Shown: positions 47,827 to 57,582 of the stretch, one piece after another | Position numbering within the stretch: the first letter of the stretch is position 1 | Layout of the letters: every line of letters begins with the position of its first letter | NCBI GenBank assembly: GCA_910587925.1 | Contig: CAJUOC010000002.1 | Coordinates: 16,303-80,302, forward strand | Length of the DNA stretch: 64,000 nt | Direction of reading: 5' to 3' | Origin: an uncultured Muribaculaceae bacterium | GTDB taxonomy: Bacteria > Bacteroidota > Bacteroidia > Bacteroidales > Muribaculaceae | Made by a program: the position numbers and the translations under genes | The notes under the pieces: generated by a model | Told to the model about the DNA's origin: nothing | What the model saw: only the letters and a program-made list of their open reading frames with translations | Databases searched by the model: none

Positions 47827-48672
47827 CCCGCGAGCGGGCGCCAGGCAGTAGGCACGTGCAAGGCGAAAGCGCGGAGCGCTCGTGTTACTCATAAGGGTCA
47901 GCGCTCCGCGCTTCCCGGCGCCGGCAATGCAAGGAGGCGCCGCCAACCCAAGCTCGCTCCGCAGGCTTGCACAATGGACAGACGGTTCTTTGCACCTGCC
48001 CATTTGCGGGGGCAACTTATGTCGGCGCAACTTCAGAGAGGCGTCGCCAGCAACGAGCCCGCGGAGCGGGCGGCAGGCAGTAGGCACGTGCAAGGCGCAG
48101 CCGCAGCGCGTGTACCAAATGCGCCCCAAGCGATGGAGCTGCGTAGCTGCGACACATTGGAAGTGTCGCAGCTACGCAGCTCCGTATTCATACAAATGCT
48201 CTCAAACATGCGCTGCGGCTTCGCCTTGCACGTGCCTACTGCCTGTCGCCTGCTCCGCAGGCTTGCACAATAGACAAGCGATGCTTTGCACCTGCCCATT
48301 TGCGGGGGCAACTTATGTCGGCGCAGCTTCAGAGAGGCGTCGTCAGCAGCGAGCCCGCGGAGCGGGCGTCAGGCAGTAGGCACGTGCAAGGCGCAGCCGC
48401 AGCGCGTGTACCAAATGCGCCCCAAGCGATGGAGCTGCGTAGCTGCGACACATTGGAAGTGTCGCAGCTACGCAGCTCCGTATTCATACAAATGCTCTCA
48501 AACATGCGCTGCGGCTTCGCCTTGCACGTGCCTACTGCCTGTCGCCTGCTCCGCAGGCTTGCACAATGGACAAGCGATGCTTTGCAGCACCTGCCCATTT
48601 GCGGGGGTAGCTCAGGTCGGCGCAGCTTCAGAGAGGAGCCTACTGCCTGTCGCCTGCTCCGCAGGCTTGCAC
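47827..48672. repeat. Array of nested palindromic REP/REPIN-like units (296-bp period)
   Basis: About 60-bp inverted arms (48054-48113/48206-48265 and 48350-48409/48502-48561) enclose a perfect 21-bp hairpin (48135-48183 and 48431-48479). There are three copies of a ~85-bp linker and partial units at both ends. Confidence 0.92.
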
Positions 48673-48695
48673 CGCAGAGCCATAATGGTGTATTG

Positions 48696-49025
48696 TCAGC
48701 TTCTGAAGCCGAGCACAAACTCAAACTCCGGGGCCAACGCCGCCAGGGCGTCGCACAGCCGCCGCAGTCCCTGCTCCGACACTGGGGCGGAGCTGAGGCG
48801 GTTGTCGGCAAATACCTGCACGAGCATGTCGGGGCGCAGCGCGCTCTCGCCCTCGCGGGCGACGGGCAGCGCGGCCAGAGCGTCGTAGTCGGCCTCCACC
48901 GCGGCCAGCTCACCGTCCTCGATGGAGGAGTCGGTGGCCAGGCGGTAGTATGTGCGGTCGGGGGTGAGGGCGATATCGGCGCGGGCGGTGTCGTCGGCGC
49001 GCAGCATCAGCGTGAGCCGCTTCAT
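48696..49025 (-). CDS. Small hypothetical protein
   Basis: 109 aa, ATGA overlap with the purT stop, host-like codon usage. Confidence 0.6.
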   Translation of the reverse strand: MKRLTLMLRADDTARADIALTPDRTYYRLATDSSIEDGELAAVEADYDALAALPVAREGESALRPDMLVQVFADNRLSSAPVSEQGLRRLCDALAALAPEFEFVLGFRS

Positions 49026-50212
49026 CGGGGCAGCACGCTTATCTTCAGCTTGTCGTAGGCGCGCTGGGCCTTGGCCAGGGCGGCCTCCACGGTGTCGTCG
49101 GTGGCCAAAATCACGCCCATGCGGCGGTGACCCTTTATCTCAGGCTTGCCGAATATGCGCAGCTGCACGCCCGGCTCGGCGAGCACCTCGTCGAGGGCGT
49201 CCATCACTATCTTGTCGGTGTCGCCCTCGACCACGATGGCCATCGAGGCCGACGGGCCGTAGAAGCGGATGGCGGGCACGGGCAGGCCGAGCAGAGCGCG
49301 GGCGTGGAGGGCAAACTCGCTCTGGTCCTGCGATATCATCGTCACCATGCCGGTGTCGTGGGGGCGGGGCGATACCTCGCTGAATATCACTTTGTCGCCC
49401 TTGATAAAGAGCTCGACGCCGAAGATGCCGTAGCCGCCCAGGGCCTCGGTGATGGCGCCGGCGATGCGGCGGGCTTCCCCGAGGGCGGCGGCGCTCATGG
49501 CTTGGGGCTGCCAGGAGCGGCGGTAGTCGCCGTCGACCTGGATGTGGCCGATGGGCTCGCAGAATGTGGTGCCGCCGGCCGAGCGCACCGTGAGCAGCGT
49601 GATTTCGTAGTCAAAATCTACAAAGCCCTCGACGATGACCTTGCCGGCACCGGCGCGGCCGCCTTCCTGCGCCTCGCGCCAGGCGTGGTCTACCTGCTCG
49701 GGAGTGCGCACTGTGCTCTGGCCGTGGCCGCTGGAGCTCATCACGGGCTTTACCACGCAGGGCAGGCCTATCTCCTCGATGGCCTTGTCAAACTCCTCGC
49801 GGGTCTCGGCAAAGCGGTAGGGCGAAGTGGGCAGGCCGAGCTCCTCGGCGGCGAGGCGGCGGATGCCCTCGCGGTTCATGGTGAGCAGGGCGGCGCGAGC
49901 TGTGGGGGTCACATTGTAGCCCTCCTTCTCAAGCTCCACCAGGGTGGGGGTGGCGATGGCCTCGACCTCGGGGATGATGTGGTCGGGGCGCTCGTCGGTG
50001 ATGGCTCGGCGGAGCTGCTCGCCATCGAGCATGTCGAATACATAGCTGCGGTGGGCTACCTGCATGGCGGGGGCGCCTGCATACTTGTCGCATGCTATCA
50101 CCTCCACGCCGTAGCGCTGGAGCTCAATGGTAACTTCCTTGCCCAACTCGCCGCTGCCGAGCAGCATTGCCTTGCACCCCACCGGGGTCATCACTGATCC
50201 TATCTTTGCCAT
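49022..50212 (-). CDS. purT: Formate-dependent phosphoribosylglycinamide formyltransferase
   Basis: [40 protein letters not shown] and [10 protein letters not shown] motifs. Confidence 0.96.
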   Translation of the reverse strand: MAKIGSVMTPVGCKAMLLGSGELGKEVTIELQRYGVEVIACDKYAGAPAMQVAHRSYVFDMLDGEQLRRAITDERPDHIIPEVEAIATPTLVELEKEGYNVTPTARAALLTMNREGIRRLAAEELGLPTSPYRFAETREEFDKAIEEIGLPCVVKPVMSSSGHGQSTVRTPEQVDHAWREAQEGGRAGAGKVIVEGFVDFDYEITLLTVRSAGGTTFCEPIGHIQVDGDYRRSWQPQAMSAAALGEARRIAGAITEALGGYGIFGVELFIKGDKVIFSEVSPRPHDTGMVTMISQDQSEFALHARALLGLPVPAIRFYGPSASMAIVVEGDTDKIVMDALDEVLAEPGVQLRIFGKPEIKGHRRMGVILATDDTVEAALAKAQRAYDKLKISVLPR

Positions 50213-50238
50213 GTGTTTCGATTAAAAGTTTATGGGCA

Positions 50239-50266
50239 CAAATTTAAGAAAAATTCGCTAATTTTG
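50239..50266. promoter_or_regulatory. Back-to-back divergent -7 elements for purT and nadE
   Basis: TAAATTTG on the minus strand (50239-50246) and TAATTTTG on the plus strand (50259-50266). Confidence 0.65.
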
Positions 50267-50286
50267 CCGATAGAAACTGCATATAT

Positions 50287-52221
50287 ATGAAAGACGGATT
50301 TCTGCGCGCGGCGAGTTGCTCGCCCGCCGTACACATCGCCGACCCCGAGGCAAATGTCAATGAGATACTTTCCCTGATGGGGCGCGCCGTAGACGCCGGT
50401 GCCGACCTGGCTGTATTCCCCGAGCTGTGTGTCACGGGATACACCTGCGCCGACCTCTTCCACCAGCACACGCTGCTCGACGCTGCGTCGGGCGCCCTGG
50501 CTCACCTGGTGGCCGCTATGCCGGCGGGGTTGCCGCTGGCAGTGGTGGGCGCTCCGGTAGAGGCCGGGGGCGCGCTGTACAATTGCGCTGTCTTTATATC
50601 CAGGGGCGTCATACATGCAGTCGTGCCCAAGACTTTCCTGCCGTCTTACAATGAATTTTACGAGAAGAGGTGGTTTGCGCCCGCGCCGGCCGGGCAGGGC
50701 ACGTGCACCGTGGCCGGTGTGGCCGGCGTGCCCTTCGGACAGGGCATCGGAGTCGAGGTGGCCGGCGTGGCTGTGGCGGCCGAGCTGTGCGAGGATCTGT
50801 GGGCCACGGTGCCGCCGAGCTGCTCTCTGGCGCTGGGAGGGGCGCTGGTGGTGGCCAATCTCTCGGCCAGCGACGACGTGATAGGCAAGTACGGCTATCT
50901 GCGCTCGCTCATCGACCAGCAGTCGGCCCGCTGTCTGTGCGGCTATGTCTACGCCTCGGCCGGATACGGCGAGTCGTCGACCGACCTGGTGTTTGACGCC
51001 AAGAATATCATCGCCGAAAACGGCCGTACCATCGCCACCGGGCGCCGCTGGGAGCGCGGCGGCCGCATCGTCACCGCCGACATCGATATCGACTCGCTGC
51101 GCCGCGAGCGTATGCACATCTGCACCTTTGCCGACTGCGCCCGCCGCGCCGCCGGCGCCTCGCTGCGCATCGCGGGCTCGGTCGAGGGCAGCTCCACCGA
51201 GCCGGGGCGCTTGCAGCGGCAGGTGGAGCGTATGCCCTTTGTGCCGGCCGACGACGACCGCCTCGCCGAGCGATGCGAGGAAATCATACATATACAGACC
51301 GCCGGCCTGTGCCGTCGGCTTGAGGCGGCACACTGCAGCAGCCTCACCGTGGGTATCTCGGGCGGTCTTGACTCGACACTGGCGCTGCTGGTGGCGGTGC
51401 GCGCCTTTGACTCGCTCGGGCTGCCGCGCGAGGGTATCATCGGAGTGACCATGCCGGGATTCGGCACCACCGGCCGCACTCACGCCAATGCCCTGTCGAT
51501 GATGCGCGCCCTCGGGGTGAGCATCCGTGAAATCAACATCTCGGCGGCCGTGATGCAGCACTTTGCCGACATAGACCACGACCCGGCCGTGCACGATGTC
51601 ACCTACGAAAACTCGCAGGCCCGCGAGCGCACCCAGCTGCTGATGGATATCGCCAACGCCACCGGCGGCATGGTGCTCGGCACGGGCGACCTCTCGGAGC
51701 TTGCCCTGGGCTGGGCCACCTACAATGGCGACCACATGAGCATGTACGGCGTCAACGCCGGTGTGCCCAAGACGCTGGTGCGCCATCTGGTGGGATACTT
51801 CGCCCGCCACGACGAGGCTGCCGCAGGCGCCCGCGAGGCTCTGCTCGACGTGATGGATACCCCGGTGTCGCCCGAGCTGCTGCCGGCCGACCCCGACGGC
51901 AATATCGCCCAGCGCACGGAAGACCTCGTGGGGCCATACGAGCTGCACGACTTCTTTCTCTACCACATGCTGCGCCACGGCGAGAGTCCGCGCCGCATTT
52001 TCCGCCTGGCCATGGCGGCCTGGGAGGGGGTATACGACGCCGATACGGTGCGCCGCTGGCTGGGGACATTCGTGCGCAGATTTTTCACCCAGCAATTCAA
52101 GCGCTCGTGTCTGCCCGACGGCCCCAAGGTGGGCAGCGTGACTCTCTCGCCCCGAGGCGACTGGCGTATGCCCTCCGACGCCGCGGCGTCGGCCTGGATG
52201 GCCGAGGTGGCGCAGATTTAA
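50287..52221 (+). CDS. nadE: Glutamine-dependent NAD+ synthetase
   Basis: Nitrilase domain (FPEL, PK, CEDLW) plus synthetase domain (GISGGLDS, ENSQARER, KRSCLPDGPKV). Confidence 0.96.
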   Translation: MKDGFLRAASCSPAVHIADPEANVNEILSLMGRAVDAGADLAVFPELCVTGYTCADLFHQHTLLDAASGALAHLVAAMPAGLPLAVVGAPVEAGGALYNCAVFISRGVIHAVVPKTFLPSYNEFYEKRWFAPAPAGQGTCTVAGVAGVPFGQGIGVEVAGVAVAAELCEDLWATVPPSCSLALGGALVVANLSASDDVIGKYGYLRSLIDQQSARCLCGYVYASAGYGESSTDLVFDAKNIIAENGRTIATGRRWERGGRIVTADIDIDSLRRERMHICTFADCARRAAGASLRIAGSVEGSSTEPGRLQRQVERMPFVPADDDRLAERCEEIIHIQTAGLCRRLEAAHCSSLTVGISGGLDSTLALLVAVRAFDSLGLPREGIIGVTMPGFGTTGRTHANALSMMRALGVSIREINISAAVMQHFADIDHDPAVHDVTYENSQARERTQLLMDIANATGGMVLGTGDLSELALGWATYNGDHMSMYGVNAGVPKTLVRHLVGYFARHDEAAAGAREALLDVMDTPVSPELLPADPDGNIAQRTEDLVGPYELHDFFLYHMLRHGESPRRIFRLAMAAWEGVYDADTVRRWLGTFVRRFFTQQFKRSCLPDGPKVGSVTLSPRGDWRMPSDAAASAWMAEVAQI

Positions 52222-52290
52222 CACTTCGGGGCCGAACTTTTGCCGGCCGGCGGCGTTTTAGCAGTAAACATCATACTAAAACACACCGCC

Positions 52291-52866
52291 ATGACATACG
52301 AACAGCCCAAACTCCCCTATCCTGAAGACGCTCTGGCCCCGGCCATCAGCGCCCAGACCGTAGCGTTTCACTACGGCAAGCACGAGAAGACGTACATCGA
52401 CAATCTCAACCGCCTCATCACAGGCACCGAGTACGAAGACATGACTCTGGAGGAGGTAATAGCCGTCGCCAAGGGCGCGCTGTACAACAATGCCGCCCAG
52501 GCCTGGAACCATATCTTCTACTTCTTTACCTTCTCGCCCGACGGCGGAGGTGAGCCGGGCGGAGAGCTGCGCCGCGCCATCGACCGCGACTTCGGCTCGT
52601 TTGACAAATTCAAGGAGGCCTTTGTCGAGGCAGGCACCGGCCTCTTCGGCTCGGGCTGGGTGTGGCTCAGCCGCGACGACAGCGGCAAGCTCTTCATCAC
52701 CCAGGGCTCCAACGCATCAAACCCCATCGTCGACGGCCTCACGCCGCTGCTGACATTCGACGTGTGGGAACACGCATACTATCTCGACTACCAAAACCGT
52801 CGCGCCGATGCCCTGAAGGCTCTTTGGGACATCGTCGACTGGGACGTGGTCGAGTCAAGATATTGA
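52291..52866 (+). CDS. sod: Fe/Mn superoxide dismutase
   Basis: HYGKH, NNAAQAWNH, FGSGW and DVWEHAYY motifs. Start at ATG 52291. Confidence 0.95.
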   Translation: MTYEQPKLPYPEDALAPAISAQTVAFHYGKHEKTYIDNLNRLITGTEYEDMTLEEVIAVAKGALYNNAAQAWNHIFYFFTFSPDGGGEPGGELRRAIDRDFGSFDKFKEAFVEAGTGLFGSGWVWLSRDDSGKLFITQGSNASNPIVDGLTPLLTFDVWEHAYYLDYQNRRADALKALWDIVDWDVVESRY

Positions 52867-52965
52867 CTCTGACGATAGGCTTCAGTGCCCGCCACATGGC
52901 GCAGCCCTGAGCCGCACGATTCTCTATAGTACAACCATCGTAGAAGTACTTATTTCTTAAGCATA

Positions 52966-53024
52966 ATGTGATGAATGGAAAGGGAGGTACCTGTGAAGGC
53001 GCCTCTTTTTCTTTTTCATCACAT
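52966..53024. terminator. Long hairpin or terminator between convergent sod and ribD
   Basis: Outer stem atgtgatgaa/ttcatcacat, inner gaaagggagg...cctctttttc around cct-gtga-agg. Confidence 0.6.
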
Positions 53025-53038
53025 CGTGCCGGTCTGTC

Positions 53039-54025
53039 TCAAATATGCTCGTAGACGGCGATGCGGCCCCGGCGCTCCGACAGGCGGGCGCCGCTGAGCA
53101 CGGGCGCGGCCACGGCGCCGCGGGCGCCCAGCGCCACGGGCGATGTCTCGACGCGCGCCGCATCCCACAGCCCGCTGTCGATAAAGCTCTGAAGCACCTC
53201 TCGGCCGCCCTCGACCAGCACCGATGTGATGCCGCGGCGATACAGCTCGCCCAGTACGTCGGCCACGTCGGCGCAGCCGGTGAGCACGAGCGGCGTGGCA
53301 GTGGTGGAGATGTCGGCCGGCCCGAGCCGGCGGCGACGGTCGAGTATCACCGGCTGCGGAGTGCGCCCGGCGGGCCACAGCCGCGTGTCGAGCCGCGGGC
53401 GGTCGGCCAGCACGGTGCCGCTGCCGGCGAGGATGGCGTCGTGGAGCGAGCGCAGGCGGTGGGTGAGCATGGATGTGAGCGGGGTGGAGAAGCGCTCGGG
53501 GCGGCCGTCGGGGCGGTCGGAGTCGATGTAGCGGTCGGCGCTCTGCGCCCACTTCAGCGTGACCCACGGGCGGCCCTGGCTGTGGGCGGTCATGAAGCGG
53601 CAGTTGAGGCGTCGCGACTCGTCGGCGAGCACTCCCTCGGTCACCTCTACACCCGCCTCGCGCAGCATGGCGATACCGCGGCCCGACACCTCGGGGAAGG
53701 GGTCGGCGGCGCCCACCACCACCCGGCGTATGCCGCGGTCGATGATCAGGCGGGCGCAGGGCGGGGTCTTGCCGTAGTGGGAGCATGGCTCCAGGGTGAC
53801 ATACATGGTCGACTCGGGCAGCAGGGGCAGGTCGGCGGCCGTCACCGACGCCACGGCATTGACCTCGGCGTGGCCCTCGCCGCAGCGGCGGTGGTAGCCC
53901 TCGCCGATGATGCGTCCGTCGGGCGCGACTATCATGGCGCCCACCATGGGATTTGGCGAGGTATTGCCCATGCCGCGCGCCGCCAGTTGCAGAGCGCGGC
54001 GCATGTATCGCTCGTCGACGGTCAT
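53039..54025 (-). CDS. ribD: Riboflavin biosynthesis deaminase/reductase
   Basis: PNPMVG, HAEVNA, TLEPCSHYGKTPPC, KWAQSAD and VLVEGG motifs. Start at ATG 54025. Confidence 0.95.
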   Translation of the reverse strand: MTVDERYMRRALQLAARGMGNTSPNPMVGAMIVAPDGRIIGEGYHRRCGEGHAEVNAVASVTAADLPLLPESTMYVTLEPCSHYGKTPPCARLIIDRGIRRVVVGAADPFPEVSGRGIAMLREAGVEVTEGVLADESRRLNCRFMTAHSQGRPWVTLKWAQSADRYIDSDRPDGRPERFSTPLTSMLTHRLRSLHDAILAGSGTVLADRPRLDTRLWPAGRTPQPVILDRRRRLGPADISTTATPLVLTGCADVADVLGELYRRGITSVLVEGGREVLQSFIDSGLWDAARVETSPVALGARGAVAAPVLSGARLSERRGRIAVYEHI

Positions 54026-54897
54026 AGCTCGGAGTAGTCGGGGGTGAAGGTGTCGCCCAGGGTGGGGTCGCCGGTGCGTATGCCGCGGGTGAGCCAGGCC
54101 ACGCGCTGCGACGAGCGGCCGTGGTTGAAGGAGTCGGGCATCTCGCGTCCGGTGGCCTTGCGCTGGAGGTAGTCGTCGCCAATCTTCGAGGCGGCGTCGA
54201 CGGCCGTCTCGACGTCGCCCGGCTCGATGGAGCCGAAGAGGGCATTGTCGCGGTTGGCCCACACGCCGGCGTAGAAGTCGGCCTGCAGCTCCAGGCGCAC
54301 GCTTATCTTGTTGGCCTCGCGCTCGGGCAGGCGGCTCATGGCCGAGTGTGCCTTGTCGAGCGTGCCCAGCAGGTACTGCACGTGGTGGCCCACCTCATGG
54401 GCGATGACATAGGCGTATGCAAAGTCGCCCGAGGCCCCGATGGTGCTCTTCATCTGCTTGAAAAAGTCGAGGTCGATATACACGGTCTGGTCGGCCGAGC
54501 AGTAGAAGGGCCCCACCTGCGAGGTGGCCGAGCCGCAGCCGCTCTGTATGGCGCCGGAGTAGAGCACCAGCTTGGGGCACTCGTATTCGCCCCAGCCGCG
54601 GCGCTCAAACTCGGCCGTCCATACGTCTTCGGTGCCGGCGAGCACTTTCGAGGCCAGGTCGGCGAGGCGCTCGTCTTCGGCGTCGGGGGTATAGTCTTGC
54701 CGGGCATACTGAGTCTGCGTGGCCTGCCCGAGGGCGGCGCCTATCACATCGCCCACGCTGCCGCCCGAGAGCAGGGTGATGATGCCGGCCACTATCACGC
54801 CGACTATGCCGCCTCCGATGCCGAGCGTGCGGCCCGACAGGCCGCTGCCGCGGCGGTCAGATACATTGGTGCTGTTGCGTCGTCCTGTAAGTCTCAT
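54022..54897 (-). CDS. Neutral zinc metallopeptidase (YpfJ-like)
   Basis: GPFYC..D..VYIDL.F, AHEVGHHVQ (HExxH), ELQADFYAG and HG.S.QR motifs. Start at ATG 54897. Confidence 0.9.
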   Translation of the reverse strand: MRLTGRRNSTNVSDRRGSGLSGRTLGIGGGIVGVIVAGIITLLSGGSVGDVIGAALGQATQTQYARQDYTPDAEDERLADLASKVLAGTEDVWTAEFERRGWGEYECPKLVLYSGAIQSGCGSATSQVGPFYCSADQTVYIDLDFFKQMKSTIGASGDFAYAYVIAHEVGHHVQYLLGTLDKAHSAMSRLPEREANKISVRLELQADFYAGVWANRDNALFGSIEPGDVETAVDAASKIGDDYLQRKATGREMPDSFNHGRSSQRVAWLTRGIRTGDPTLGDTFTPDYSEL

Positions 54898-54953
54898 GTA
54901 TGTAGTGTTTGATGATTGACAAGCCTCTTGAATATCTAACGGGCGCGGGCACA

Positions 54954-56438
54954 TTATTGTTGGACAAAATCGATGCTCCGCGGATTATGAAAGCCGTAAA
55001 AGTCGGCCGATAGCCCGTCGGGGTGCACCCAGTAGTATAGCCGGCCGTCGCCGGCGGTAAAGGGTACGGCGCAGTACCAGCGGGTGACAGGCCCCAGGCC
55101 GTAGTCGGCCGTGAAGAGGGTGGTGCCGACCGGGGCGCTCACCGTGTGTCCCTCCCACAGCCACATGCCGACCGACCCGGGGATGAGCCGGGCACTGTCG
55201 GGGCTGAAGGTGCGCAGCTCCCGCGGCACCACGTAGATATGGCCGCCGGCCGGGGCATACATCCACTCCATCACGCTGCGGGGGCGCGAGTGTGCCCACC
55301 AGTCGTAGTACGGCTTGCCCAGCAGGGCGGCCGGGGCATCCTCGCGCAGTGTCATCGGAGCGTATATGGTGGCGACGCCCGGGCGTGCCGCGGCTATGAT
55401 GGCGCGGTTTTCGGCGTCGAGCCTGGCACACATCACCGTCGCCGCCGTCCAGTGGGCGGCGACGGCGGCAATCACCACGGCTGCCGCGGCGAGCGAGGCG
55501 CGCCGCGGCATCAGCTGCCGCGCGGGCAAGAGGCGCATCAGTCCGCACAGCGCGCATAGCGTGCCGAAGGCGGTGATGCGCGGCCCCACGCAGAAGTATA
55601 CACACAGCACAGTAGACGCTGCGGTGGCCGCCGCCAGGCAAAATCCGGCCCGGCCGAGCCGGCGGCGGCACACTGCCGCCGCGATGAGGCAGGCGACTGC
55701 CGGCACTAAGAATACAAATGTCGAGGCGCTGTGTATGGCCGGCGGTACAAATCCGCCACCCGTGCTGTTGTAGATAAACGACAGCGCCACGGTCGCCACG
55801 CCTCCGGCGAGGCCCGCGGCCGCGGCGGCCGTGCGGGCGGTGCGCATCGCGGGGTAGCGCACGGCGGCGGCGAGTGCGGCGGCGAGGAGTGCGCCGGCCG
55901 GAAGCTCGTGCCAGAATCCTATGGCCCAGCCGAGCAGTGCCAGGCCCGCCGGTGTGCCGCGCCCGCGCCACAGCAGGCTCAGCATCCACAGCGCGGCCAC
56001 CGGGCCCCATAGGTACGGGAGCTGAAACGATGTGAGGTAAAGCTGGTCGGGCCACGGATATGCCGCGGCGAGGGCCGCGGCAAAGATGCCCAGGCGCAGC
56101 GGGCGGTCGGCAAAGCGGCCGATGCGAGCCGCCAGCAGGTAGAGCGCCGCCAGCGCCGCGCCCGATATCAGCGCGGGTATCCATCGCGGCAGCAGTATTA
56201 TCAGCGGCATGAGCAGATTGCACAGTCGGAAGTGATTGGTGTGCAGTATGTGGCGCAGGGCGGCCACGTAGTCGGCCGCGTCGGGTAGCAGTCGGCCCTC
56301 GAGATAGGCGTCGCGTATGAAGTTGGCGCTGTAGAGGTCGTCGGCGATATGTGGAAACAGGGCAAAGCCGGCCGCCGCCACTGCAGCGAGCGCCATCGAG
56401 GCGATGAGTACGATGCGGCGGGCGGTGCGGCGGGTCAT
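54954..56438 (-). CDS. Multi-pass membrane protein, GT-C-like (DUF6056/GtrII-like)
   Basis: N-terminal TM then PHIADDLY (an acidic DD after TM1, typical of GT-C), many TM helices and a soluble tail. Overlaps the GT4 gene. Confidence 0.55.
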   Translation of the reverse strand: MTRRTARRIVLIASMALAAVAAAGFALFPHIADDLYSANFIRDAYLEGRLLPDAADYVAALRHILHTNHFRLCNLLMPLIILLPRWIPALISGAALAALYLLAARIGRFADRPLRLGIFAAALAAAYPWPDQLYLTSFQLPYLWGPVAALWMLSLLWRGRGTPAGLALLGWAIGFWHELPAGALLAAALAAAVRYPAMRTARTAAAAAGLAGGVATVALSFIYNSTGGGFVPPAIHSASTFVFLVPAVACLIAAAVCRRRLGRAGFCLAAATAASTVLCVYFCVGPRITAFGTLCALCGLMRLLPARQLMPRRASLAAAAVVIAAVAAHWTAATVMCARLDAENRAIIAAARPGVATIYAPMTLREDAPAALLGKPYYDWWAHSRPRSVMEWMYAPAGGHIYVVPRELRTFSPDSARLIPGSVGMWLWEGHTVSAPVGTTLFTADYGLGPVTRWYCAVPFTAGDGRLYYWVHPDGLSADFYGFHNPRSIDFVQQ

Positions 56439-57577
56439 AGGCTGATGAAACGGGCAAACTGCTCGGCGACACGGCTGCGCGAGAAGTGGCTCTCGACATA
56501 TGCGCGCCCCGACTCGCCGATGGCGGCGCGACGCGCGGGGTCGGCGAGGAGCGCGGCCGCTGCCGCGGCGAAGCCGTCCGGGACGGCCACGGCAAATGCG
56601 CCGGCCGATGTGTCGAGGCCGTCGGCTCCGATCGGTGTGGTGAGCACACAGCAGCCGTGGGCCATGGCTTGCAGGATTTTATTCTGTATGCCCGAGCCCG
56701 ACAGCATGGGGGCCACCACCAGGTCGGCGCTGCGGAAGAAGGCGCTCAGCTCGGCCACGCGCCCGGTGACGTGCACGCAGTCGCTCTCCAGGGCCACCAC
56801 CTCGGGGGAGGGTGCGGCGCCGGCGATGGTGAGATGGGCGCCCTCGGGCAGCCGCGCGGCCATAAACTGCACGGCCTCGATATTGGGGCGGTAACTCATG
56901 CGGCCCACAAAGAGCAGCTCGGGGGCGGCCGACTCGGCGCGCTGTGCGGCAGCCGGCGGGGCGTCGGGGATGTCGACCCAGTTGCTTACGATGGCTGTGC
57001 GCTCTGCATGGCGGCCGACAAAGGTACGGTCGACCTCCGAGATGTATGCCACGCCGCGGAAGGCGTCGCGGCAGCGGGCCTCGTAGCGGGTCATGCGGCG
57101 GCACTGGTCGCGCAGCATGGCGGCGTGCAGGGCGCGGGCGGTGCGGGATGCGTTGAGGTTGTTGAGCGCCATCGAGTCGGTCATGTCGAGATATGCGGCC
57201 GGGTGGCCGAGGCGGTCGGCATACTGTGCCATGGCCGCGCTGCCGCAGAGGATGAGGTCGTAGTCGGCGGCGCGGTCGCGTACCCATGCCATCAGAGCCG
57301 GGTCGCGGTAGTGGTTGACAAACTCGGGCAGGCGGTTGACGGCCGTGCGCGCCGCGCGCATGTAGCGTCGCAGCGGCGGCACGTATATCACGCGGCTGTC
57401 GGCCGAGAGCCGCGGGTCGTAGAGATGGGCGGGCTGTGCGGTGGGGTCGTGGGTGAGCGATACGGTGTCGACGTCGTATGAGTCGGCCAGCAGCGATGCT
57501 ATCTGGCTGAAGCGCACCTGGTCGCCGCCGAGCACCGGGTAGATTTCCTTGTGGGTGAGGTAGAGAGCGCGTGGCAT
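56435..57577 (-). CDS. Glycosyltransferase family 4
   Basis: LLFVGRMSYRPN, VTGRV and APMLSGSGIQNKILQAMA motifs. Start at ATG 57577. Confidence 0.88.
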   Translation of the reverse strand: MPRALYLTHKEIYPVLGGDQVRFSQIASLLADSYDVDTVSLTHDPTAQPAHLYDPRLSADSRVIYVPPLRRYMRAARTAVNRLPEFVNHYRDPALMAWVRDRAADYDLILCGSAAMAQYADRLGHPAAYLDMTDSMALNNLNASRTARALHAAMLRDQCRRMTRYEARCRDAFRGVAYISEVDRTFVGRHAERTAIVSNWVDIPDAPPAAAQRAESAAPELLFVGRMSYRPNIEAVQFMAARLPEGAHLTIAGAAPSPEVVALESDCVHVTGRVAELSAFFRSADLVVAPMLSGSGIQNKILQAMAHGCCVLTTPIGADGLDTSAGAFAVAVPDGFAAAAAALLADPARRAAIGESGRAYVESHFSRSRVAEQFARFISL

Positions 57578-57582
57578 GGTGG

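Noticed and set aside
47827..48672. CRISPR array interpretation
   Set aside because: Units are ~296 bp with inverted arms and near-identical intervening sequence, not short direct repeats with unique spacers. No cas genes are present.
47812..49058. ORFs of 92-252 aa overlapping the palindrome array
   Set aside because: They are translations of the repeats in several frames on both strands, with no protein-like features.
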